This document shows positions 10,249-18,869 of a DNA stretch of 64,000 nucleotides, piece by piece. The stretch is from a bacterium (GTDB lineage: Bacteria; Electryoneota; Electryoneia; Electryoneales; Electryoneaceae). Both the position numbers and the translations under genes were made by a program. The DNA is taken from assembly GCA_963669175.1 (NCBI GenBank), contig OY769902.1, forward strand, positions 3,392,001 to 3,456,000. The letters are read 5' to 3'. Each line of letters begins with the position of its first letter. Position 1 is the stretch's first letter. Under the pieces are notes generated by a model. That model had not been told where the DNA came from. It did no database searches and was given only the letters and a program-made list of their open reading frames with translations.

Positions 10249-12953
10249 TTCAATAACACCACTGGTTTGACAGCAGTTTTAAATGGATAAACCAACTGGA
10301 GGAAGTATACGCCACTACTGATTTCTCCAGCACAAGCATCGTCAAATCGCCAAAGCGCCCTGTGATACCCGGCGCTATGAAAGACCATCTCAAAGGTATC
10401 AACTTCCTGTCCCAGGATATTATATAACACCAAAGATACTTTGCCTGCCGATGGCACATCAATGGAAATAGTCAATTCAGAATTAAAGGGATTCGGGTAG
10501 ACATTACCAATATTCCATTGATCTGGTATCTCTGGCACAGTCGTATCAGGGGGAACCTTGGAATTTGTAGTCCCTGGTGTTCCTAAAGGATATGTGTTCA
10601 GGCAAGCATCCCAGTTATCAGCGCCCGCGTTGGGTAATGATAGCCCATGGAGTTCGAGCGTTGGCCCCTGTCCGTCTGCTTGTACAGGCCAGGGGGTGTG
10701 ATCGGAATAGCGTACCAGGTCAACCATATTGCCTGCTGTATCATACAAGACAATATCATCGCCATTATTGCCCAGGCCAAATCCAAGGTCGCCAATGACG
10801 TTGTCTATCATAGGAAAAATATGTTTGAATTGTTGAATGTCTTCCGCGATAACAAGATATCCATTGTGCCGGGCCATAAGTTCATCAGCGTTGTCAGGAA
10901 TAACCATGATATGATCAAGCTGCTCATCACGGATTGTCCAACCGGCAATAGAAGTGCCCGGGTATCGTGAAGCCAGCTCTATCCAATCGCCAGGGTTCTG
11001 CCCCGATTTGCCGTTATAGTTAAACTCGTTGATAACAACTTTACCAACGTACTCATTCTCGTACTGATAGTGAATGTTGTCTGAATCGAGGGTTTTTCCG
11101 CTGGAGGTACTCAGGAATAACGAGTCCTGTTGTGAAATGAGGAAAAATCTTCCAGTGAAACGTCGCCACGGCGCCCGCGCCTGTTCAAGATCAGGCCTGT
11201 TGCTGATGAAAAGTGTATCGCCCGGTTCAAGAAGATCCTCTTCAAAAAAGGTGTATTTATGGTAATCTTGAGAACCGGAAAGGTTGCATCCATTGATGTC
11301 AAGATTGCAAGTCGCCGTGTTCACGATTGCAATGACTGTAGAGTTTGAACCGGAATCCAGCCAGTACGGGCCTAATTCCAGGTCGCCAGCAGATGGTGCA
11401 GCTACAGTGTCTCGTATTGTGGGGAGCTGCGGAAGAATTTGCAGGTAGTCATACTTGCCACTGGATGGATAAGGGAAATTATAGCGATAATTCTGGCTGG
11501 ATAGAAAACAATAGTAATACGGCAATTCCATGCTATCAATTGCTACTGTGATAGTGAACCAGTTGTCATTTGCAACAAAATCACCATGTGTTCCGTTGTC
11601 AAACATCCCGAAGAAATGTTCATTTCCCTGGGCATCGCCCATCCACAACGACATCAATCCTGAAGGTTCGGCAACATGCGCCTTGAACGTATTCGTTTCG
11701 CTGTTGGAGGACATGTAGTCATGCTCAACCGAGAAGGCATCTACTTTTCCACGGCCACCCAGCGTATACGTTTGCAGAAATGCGCCGCGTTCCTGGAGAA
11801 ATACATGAATTGAATCACCTTCGCCCCAGAAAGCCTCCATGGTATTTTCACGCGCTTCATCAAAGGAAACGTCATTGGCAATTCGAGCGAGTTCATCGTC
11901 CAATTGGTCTTCAAGCCAGGGAAATGCGTTTGTTGCAATTGAACGTAACCGTGCATTTATCTCTTCCAGGAAAGACTCATTCTCCACCAGACGAACGAAT
12001 ATTGTGCTGTACCTGATCAGGTACGGAATTATTATAGTAGAATTGTCTTCCTTCCATAACCCCTCCCAGTCGAACCCCAGCGAGGCATCTGCATCCCAGA
12101 GAACATATCCGTACCTGCCATCCGGATTCTCGAACAGGATGAAATTCTTTGTGTACCCATCATCATTTGTTATAGCAAGATTTAACGCGTAAAACTGAAT
12201 TGTCTGGTGAATATCAAACATCCTTGGAAGTTGGACTGCACATTCCTGCGGGCTTGCCCATTGCAGAATGTCGGTTCTTACACGAAACGTGTCCAGCTCT
12301 TCCTGGGTTGCCTGCTTGATTTGATATGCCAGATCAAGATTTTCCTGGTTCATCAGGGGCGTCAGTCGACCGGCGTGATGGATGCTTTTAAGTCGTAACC
12401 CTTCTGTGCTGAGATTTCTTTTCTCAAAGAAATAGTCATCGATATTCTCTACTTCTGTGAATACCCCCATGAATTCGTCATTAATGAAGAGTGAGATATG
12501 CCTTACCTCTGGTGCAGGCAGCCCGATATAATCAGCAAGTTTCATCGCAAGAAAGTTCCTGCAAAGAGTAGCATCACGAAAATCAGCGTTCAAGTTAGTA
12601 TTTTTTATTCCATTGGGGCCACATGTGGCAAACTCAAACTCCCATGATTTTTTCGGCCGATATCGTGCAGAAGCGCCACGAAGCGACAGGTGACCTTCGT
12701 AAGTGACGCCTCCGTATATCAGTTCTGCGGCAATCTCGATTTCGTCGCAATTGTTTTCCAGTACAGAATCTACTGCTGCAGCATCGGCATAAACCTGGTA
12801 CACGGGAAGTGTCAGCACGGATGGGTCCGGATCGGCAATGGCGCAAGGGACCAGGATCGTTACGAGAAAAATCAGTGGAAGCAGCAAAATCATGGAAAAG
12901 ACAATACCTTTGAAGTTGACAAGAACACCGGCGTAGAATATCCATTCGTTCAT
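10245..12953 (-). CDS. CotH-kinase-family protein with lamin tail domain and T9SS-type CTD (paralog A)
   Basis: LRGASAR, NDDGYTKNF, WDADASLG, INEFNY...DWIE, YPNPFN. Confidence 0.88.
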   Translation of the reverse strand: MNEWIFYAGVLVNFKGIVFSMILLLPLIFLVTILVPCAIADPDPSVLTLPVYQVYADAAAVDSVLENNCDEIEIAAELIYGGVTYEGHLSLRGASARYRPKKSWEFEFATCGPNGIKNTNLNADFRDATLCRNFLAMKLADYIGLPAPEVRHISLFINDEFMGVFTEVENIDDYFFEKRNLSTEGLRLKSIHHAGRLTPLMNQENLDLAYQIKQATQEELDTFRVRTDILQWASPQECAVQLPRMFDIHQTIQFYALNLAITNDDGYTKNFILFENPDGRYGYVLWDADASLGFDWEGLWKEDNSTIIIPYLIRYSTIFVRLVENESFLEEINARLRSIATNAFPWLEDQLDDELARIANDVSFDEARENTMEAFWGEGDSIHVFLQERGAFLQTYTLGGRGKVDAFSVEHDYMSSNSETNTFKAHVAEPSGLMSLWMGDAQGNEHFFGMFDNGTHGDFVANDNWFTITVAIDSMELPYYYCFLSSQNYRYNFPYPSSGKYDYLQILPQLPTIRDTVAAPSAGDLELGPYWLDSGSNSTVIAIVNTATCNLDINGCNLSGSQDYHKYTFFEEDLLEPGDTLFISNRPDLEQARAPWRRFTGRFFLISQQDSLFLSTSSGKTLDSDNIHYQYENEYVGKVVINEFNYNGKSGQNPGDWIELASRYPGTSIAGWTIRDEQLDHIMVIPDNADELMARHNGYLVIAEDIQQFKHIFPMIDNVIGDLGFGLGNNGDDIVLYDTAGNMVDLVRYSDHTPWPVQADGQGPTLELHGLSLPNAGADNWDACLNTYPLGTPGTTNSKVPPDTTVPEIPDQWNIGNVYPNPFNSELTISIDVPSAGKVSLVLYNILGQEVDTFEMVFHSAGYHRALWRFDDACAGEISSGVYFLQLVYPFKTAVKPVVLLK

Positions 12954-13603
12954 CGTTTAACGAATGAAACTTGTGGCTTTTGGGAACAGGTTAATCCTCA
13001 CGAAAAATGAAAACCCGACTTCTCCAATATAGACACCATTTTCTGGGGAGTTCAAGACAGGGGAATCTCTGCGTTTGACTGGAATTGCGGGATAATCGCG
13101 ATTCGTTTTTGTGGTGTAATGTCGTCATGCGATCGCTTCCCGATGAAAATGTCAATGCTCCGGCTTGTGGGAAGATTGTAAATTTTGAATATCTATTAAA
13201 TGATCTGCTCACAAGAATTTGTGCATATTATCGACGAGCACGTTTCGTCAGGTCTTGACGTGATGCCTTTTTCTTGTTCTTCTCCGCAATTTCAGACACC
13301 TGTCCGACTTCACAGTTGCTATTTCGCATGATAGATCGTCATCAGGCATCACATTGTGACCTGACGACAGAGAGAGTGCTGATACCGGTGGCAGGTCACA
13401 ACGCGACAATAACAGGATGAGAGGTGGTTTCAGTATCATGTGCATTCAGAAATACATTGCGAAAGCCGAAAACGGAATGTCGCGTCAAGACCTGCCACAA
13501 CTTTGCCCGGATGCACAAATTCTTGCGAGGAACCATAAAATATTCGTGTTACAGTCTATTTACTATTAGGAAATATTTCCGGTAGGTTTTCAGTTGATAG
13601 TGG

Positions 13604-14434
13604 TTACTTTTTCTTGTCCTTTTTCGTTGTATCTTTTTGTTTATCTTTAGGTTTAAGGTCAGGATGATACTGCATCACCAGTTTCTGATATTGGACCACT
13701 GTACTACGTCCGAGTCCGGTAGTACGCACAATTTCCATCAGATTAAGTTCTTTGACCATCAGGAACTTGATGTTTTTGTAAGATCGCAAGTAACGACCCA
13801 CCGCTTCAAGGGTATGCGTGGTCAAGCGAGCGATATCCGGTTCCGGATAGCCCTGTTCGTACAGGTCAATGATTGCGGCCTTGTGTGTGGGACGGCTCCC
13901 CTGGTCCAACATGATTCCTTTCGTCGGCAGGATATCATCATGCGTTTCGTGATACTGTTGGATGTACTTGCCAATGGTCGTCAGCGACCGGTTCAACAAC
14001 ACACTCAATTCCGCGCCGCTTAATAACCCGCCTTGTTCGTACGCGCTTTTCACCAACCGCGCCAGCACTGCAATATCCCTGTCGCGCTGTTTGCCCGCAC
14101 CGTCTTTTCCATAGTGGCGACGAATACGATCAACCACATCTTCTTCTGTGACAAGCGGAAGAATGACGGTCTTCACCTCATAGTCTTCTACCCGTGTCCC
14201 ATAGCTGGGCTTGTGGCACTGTGCACCTGTCGTACGCCACACAATACTGCCACCGCTGCGTTGCTCGATATCCGGATAGAACTCACGGTGCAGTTGCATG
14301 ATGTCATCCGCCACCATGGCCAAGACCTTGTGGCTGCCAAGAATCTTGTACTGCTCTTCCAACAACCGGATGATCGCAGTGCGAAAGTTCCGCTTCGGCA
14401 GGGATTCATAACGGTTCCGTACCTCAGTTTTCAT
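13604..14434 (-). CDS. DUF1670-domain protein (second gene of the element)
   Basis: AYEQGGLLS..ELS.LL..S..TI...PTKG...DQG.RPTHK..I..LY..G...IA..T.HT..AV.RY; ATG at 14434 follows GGAGG. Confidence 0.85.
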   Translation of the reverse strand: MKTEVRNRYESLPKRNFRTAIIRLLEEQYKILGSHKVLAMVADDIMQLHREFYPDIEQRSGGSIVWRTTGAQCHKPSYGTRVEDYEVKTVILPLVTEEDVVDRIRRHYGKDGAGKQRDRDIAVLARLVKSAYEQGGLLSGAELSVLLNRSLTTIGKYIQQYHETHDDILPTKGIMLDQGSRPTHKAAIIDLYEQGYPEPDIARLTTHTLEAVGRYLRSYKNIKFLMVKELNLMEIVRTTGLGRSTVVQYQKLVMQYHPDLKPKDKQKDTTKKDKKK

Positions 14435-15257
14435 GGACGCCTCCGCCACCTTGTCCCGCTCTTTTTTTTGAGGGATACTGTGCTTGCAACTGCTCCAGAA
14501 GTTCGACATAGCTTGTCGGCCAGTGATCACCCTGTTTGTATTTCGCAAACAGATCCAGGTACTCACCCGTCAACCGTTCGCTCTGTTGAAGCAGACGGCT
14601 CAGGTCGGTCAGCTCGGTAATGTCATGGCTAAGCAGAAGCAACAAGCGTCCAAACGTACTCACATAGCGCTTGATCGCAAACGCGCTGTGACGTGTCAGA
14701 CGGATGATCTCATCATAGGTCCGGCCACCCAGGTACAAATCAACGATCCGTGCCTTGTGCGATAACCCACGCCCAATGTCATGGTCGTAGCCACGCGTAT
14801 GCACCGTATTCCCGTCAGCAAGCAGCAACGCAATATCCTTGCGGATGGTCCGATCTGAAACGTGCAGCAGACGACTCAGATCCTCCTGTGTCAGCAACCC
14901 ACCCTGCTGGTACGTCTCTTCGGTTAGCCGAAGAATCCGTTGCTGACGAAGCGATGAAGCGCCCAGTTCGCGCAGAACATCCAAGTCCTCAACACCGTCA
15001 TCCAGTGTCAGTTCGACACGAATCAGGTCTTGTTCGCGTAAGGGACGACCGTGACGAGCTTTCTTGGACGCACATAAAAAACGAAGCTTGCCAAGCGTTG
15101 ACGGCATCGTACCGAACAAACAACGCTTGGCAAGCTCCAATATCCCCGTACTCGCAGCCGGTGAAAGCTCAAACTCGCGACGAAGCGAGTTCACAAACAC
15201 CTGCTCCGGCGTCTTCTCCATACACCGGTCATACAGGCTCGTTGAAGTATGTAACAT
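14424..15257 (-). CDS. DUF1670-domain protein (first gene of the element)
   Basis: YQQGGLLTQEDL..LL..S.RTIRKD...TRG..HDIG.G.SHK...HS..AI.RY; ATG at 15257 follows GGAGG. Confidence 0.85.
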   Translation of the reverse strand: MLHTSTSLYDRCMEKTPEQVFVNSLRREFELSPAASTGILELAKRCLFGTMPSTLGKLRFLCASKKARHGRPLREQDLIRVELTLDDGVEDLDVLRELGASSLRQQRILRLTEETYQQGGLLTQEDLSRLLHVSDRTIRKDIALLLADGNTVHTRGYDHDIGRGLSHKARIVDLYLGGRTYDEIIRLTRHSAFAIKRYVSTFGRLLLLLSHDITELTDLSRLLQQSERLTGEYLDLFAKYKQGDHWPTSYVELLEQLQAQYPSKKRAGQGGGGVHEN

Positions 15258-15356
15258 CTTGTCCTCCAGCATGTTACGCGATCGCTTCCGATTGCCAACC
15301 CGAATACAAAGGTCGCAAACAAGAAGCAAATCGCCAAACCTACCGGAAGTATTTCC

Positions 15357-18008
15357 TTATTTTAGTAGCAAAACAGGAAGAGCAGCGCTTTCACCTGGCG
15401 ATACCATTTGAAGGAAATACATGCCACTACTCAAGGTTGAGCTGTGTATTTCGTCCATCTGCCAGATTAAACGGTGGCTTCCAGCAACAGGAAAAGTCTG
15501 GGTAAATGTATCAACAGCTTGCCCCAGGATATTGTATAGCACCAGTGTTACAGTATTGGCTTCTGGAACTTCGATTGTGACACATAACTGCGAGTTGAAA
15601 GGATTGGGATATACTCCGGTCAATTGCCATTGTTCCGGATATATCGTTTCGTTTGGAACAGGTTTCAGCCTTGAATTTAACTTCCCGGGTGTTCCCAACG
15701 GGCAACAGTTGAGCGGTATGGTCCAGTTTTTACTACCGGCATTCGGATAGTCTGGGTTCATTAGTTCCAGCGTAGGACCTTGCCCGTCAGCACGTCCCGG
15801 CCAGGGGGCGCTATCGGAATATCGAACCAGGTCAACCAATCTGCCGTCGCTGTCATGGATGGCTATTTCATCGCCGCTGTTCCCAAGGCCGAATCCAAGA
15901 TCACCGATTACACTCTTTACGGTTGGGAAACAATGCTTGAATGCGTCAATATCCTCTGTGATGACAAGATATCCGTCATTATGTAACAGCATACTGTTAG
16001 CGTTTTCAGGAAGAACATACTCATGATCTATACGGCTGTCCCTGATCGTCCAACCAGTGATGGATAAGCCGGGGCTGCGCAAATAGATTTCAATCCAATC
16101 CCCCGGATCACTCCCGGATTGGCCGTGATAATTGAATTCATTAACAACGACACTTCCAATATATTCATCTTCATTGTTGTAGCTGAACGTATATGAAGCC
16201 AGCACTTTGGCGCTGGAAGTTGTCAAGTACAGACACGCACCTGGTTCGCTCCAGCCAAAGAATTTTCCGTGAATAGTCCGCCAGGGGGCGCGTGACGCTT
16301 CCAACTCGGGCTTGTTGCCAACGAAAAGAGTATCTCCGGGCAGAAGAAGTTCTTCACCTTGGAAGGTGTATTGTTGAAATCGCTCTCTTCCCATCAGGCA
16401 GCATGCATTCAGGTCAACAGGATGATTCGACCGATTTATCAGCGCAAGCAGAAATGAGGACAACCCTACGTCACGCCAGACAGGACCGAAGTCAATATCA
16501 CCCGGTACAGGCATGTTTGAGGTATCACGAAGGGTTGGCAATTGTGGCAGGATACTGTTGTAATTAAAGAAGCCGCTGGCTGGATAGGGATATCTGCAGT
16601 CGGAACTTTCGCCAGTTAAAAAACAATAATAGCAGGGGAATGAGAATTCTTCCAGCGAAACAGTTGCAGTATACCATTGATCATCTGCGATAGCGTCACC
16701 ACTGCTGACACCATCATCATACATGACAAAATACTGTTCTGTGGTTTGATCGCCAATCCATAATATTACTGAATTTGTCGTTTGTTCAGTGTGAACAGAA
16801 AAAGTATTGCTCGCCTGGTTATTCGAAAGATAATCGTGAGTTGTCTCGAAATTATCAATAGTGATTTTCCTGTCGATGCAGGCTGACGACAGAAATTCGC
16901 GTCGTTTTTGCAGAAAAACATGAATAGAATCGCCTTCTGCCCAGAAGTCGGCCATCTCCTTTTCCCGGGCAGTGTCAAAGAAAACATCATTGGCGATTCT
17001 GTCCAATTCACTGTCGAGTTGTTCTTCCAGCCAAGGGAAAGCTTCTGATGCGATGGTGCGTAGACGTTCGTTAAAGAGGTCCAGGTAAATTTCACTTTCA
17101 ATCAGACGATTAAACAGGGGATTCTGGCTGAGCATCGGGGGCATCAATGAAGTGACTTTGCCTGGAACCCAGACACCTTGCCAATTGAATCCCAGGCTGG
17201 CGTCGGCATCCCAGGGAACAAAATGGTACTTTCTGTCTACACTCTCATACATGTAGAAGTTTTTTGTGTATCCGTCCCCATTGGCAATGGCATGGATAAA
17301 AGCGAAATAATCCAACACATTATTTACATCAAAGATTCTCGGAAGGTTGATTGCACATTGACCTTCTGTAGCCCATTGCAGGAATTCAGTTCTGACACTA
17401 AACGTATCCAGATCATCCGGCGAAGCCTGTTTGATCCTGTATACCTCGTCAAAATCCTGCTGGTCAAGAAGCGGCATCAACCTGCCGCCATGGTTAATTC
17501 CCTTTATTCTGAAACCTAAGGAAGTCAAATCATGATTGCGAAAAAAACAGTCGTCAACATTTTCAACTTCCGTGAATACGCCCATGTAATTGTCATTAAT
17601 GAAAAGTGAAACATGACGAATACCTGGACTGGGGAGACCTATATGTTCAGCAAGTTTCATGGACAGATAATTACGGCACAGGGTCGCGTCAAGGTAATCT
17701 GCATTAAAATTAAGACTTTGGACCCCATTCGGCCCTGAATTGCGGAATGAGAATTCCCATGATCGTTTTGGAAAATTTCTGGCAGTAGCCCCGCGTAGCG
17801 AAAGAACCCCTTCATAGCTCACATCCTGGTATTCCATTCGCCCAGCAACCTCAATGTCCTCATAGCATTCCTCGATTATGCTATCCAGCGCAGAGGGGTT
17901 GGCATATACCCTGAATATTGGCAGGGTCAACAAACTGGGGTCAACCTCAGCGAATGAACATGGTGCAAAAACTGAAACGAGCATCATTAATGCAAGCAAT
18001 ACTCGCAT
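15357..18008 (-). CDS. CotH-kinase-family protein with lamin tail domain and T9SS-type CTD (paralog B)
   Basis: Colinear with 10245-12953 along its whole length; NGDGYTKNF, PWDADASLG, YPNPFN. Confidence 0.88.
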   Translation of the reverse strand: MRVLLALMMLVSVFAPCSFAEVDPSLLTLPIFRVYANPSALDSIIEECYEDIEVAGRMEYQDVSYEGVLSLRGATARNFPKRSWEFSFRNSGPNGVQSLNFNADYLDATLCRNYLSMKLAEHIGLPSPGIRHVSLFINDNYMGVFTEVENVDDCFFRNHDLTSLGFRIKGINHGGRLMPLLDQQDFDEVYRIKQASPDDLDTFSVRTEFLQWATEGQCAINLPRIFDVNNVLDYFAFIHAIANGDGYTKNFYMYESVDRKYHFVPWDADASLGFNWQGVWVPGKVTSLMPPMLSQNPLFNRLIESEIYLDLFNERLRTIASEAFPWLEEQLDSELDRIANDVFFDTAREKEMADFWAEGDSIHVFLQKRREFLSSACIDRKITIDNFETTHDYLSNNQASNTFSVHTEQTTNSVILWIGDQTTEQYFVMYDDGVSSGDAIADDQWYTATVSLEEFSFPCYYCFLTGESSDCRYPYPASGFFNYNSILPQLPTLRDTSNMPVPGDIDFGPVWRDVGLSSFLLALINRSNHPVDLNACCLMGRERFQQYTFQGEELLLPGDTLFVGNKPELEASRAPWRTIHGKFFGWSEPGACLYLTTSSAKVLASYTFSYNNEDEYIGSVVVNEFNYHGQSGSDPGDWIEIYLRSPGLSITGWTIRDSRIDHEYVLPENANSMLLHNDGYLVITEDIDAFKHCFPTVKSVIGDLGFGLGNSGDEIAIHDSDGRLVDLVRYSDSAPWPGRADGQGPTLELMNPDYPNAGSKNWTIPLNCCPLGTPGKLNSRLKPVPNETIYPEQWQLTGVYPNPFNSQLCVTIEVPEANTVTLVLYNILGQAVDTFTQTFPVAGSHRLIWQMDEIHSSTLSSGMYFLQMVSPGESAALPVLLLK

Positions 18009-18869
18009 GATGGCGCCTCTTATAGATCAAATCGAATTGTAAACGGTCCACTAGTCAAGCGCTGCTCCAGGGCCGATAGAACAATACTGACAATTGGACA
18101 GGCAACAGGCATTCCAGCGTAAAGCAGGCAATATCTGCACAAGAAACACACTCTTACAGGAATTCCAATTACAGCAACAATAAGACACTTTTCTTGCCCA
18201 ACTGTTTTAAACTAGAAACATTTTTTCAGCCAGTTCAAGCCGGAAGGAGCAAATACTCTGTTTTTTGTAACGATTACTGGCGCTACGCTGTTTTTGTTGA
18301 GATGCGACACAATAACTCAGGCGCAACATGTGTTTTTACGGATTGAACTCATTCGCCTGAAAGAGGTGACACATGCATAGCGAGGTGAATGGGCCGATTC
18401 ATAAATAGTGCCTGATTCCGTGCGTAGTACCGAGCCCAGCGATTCTGTTTGCATGTACCGCAGTTTTCGAGTATTACGGTATTACCATCCAACAAAACAA
18501 TCAATTAGACTTATACTGCGCATTTCAGGGACAACACATCCATGCTGCATGCCATGAATTGATAATAATTATTATTTCCCTCCCAGCCAAATCTCGGTAG
18601 CTTTGCCACTGCTTTACCCATGCTTTCTGTTTCATATGCGACAAACCATGCTTTGATGTTGTCTCTGGGGAGGCAAGATGTTCGACGGTCCGTGTCCACA
18701 TCCTTGCTATATGCATTAAGGGAAAATTTTCCCACATACAAGGTGGCTAGCGCAGAGATTGTCCAAAGGAGTATACCTGATTAGGCAGGAATTGGCGGGA
18801 CAGAACATTGGAAGAAAGATTCAGTTGATTCGCTAAATGTTATTTGGTGCTCGGAAAGGGGAGGATACC

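Larger units (their letters stand above)
13569..15356. mobile_element. IS-like element with two DUF1670 genes, 21-bp terminal inverted repeats and flanking TTA direct repeat
   Basis: Left IR GGAAATATTTCCGGTAGGTTT (13569-13589) and right IR AAACCTACCGGAAGTATTTCC (15336-15356) match 20/21; TTA at 13566-13568 and 15357-15359. Confidence 0.85.
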
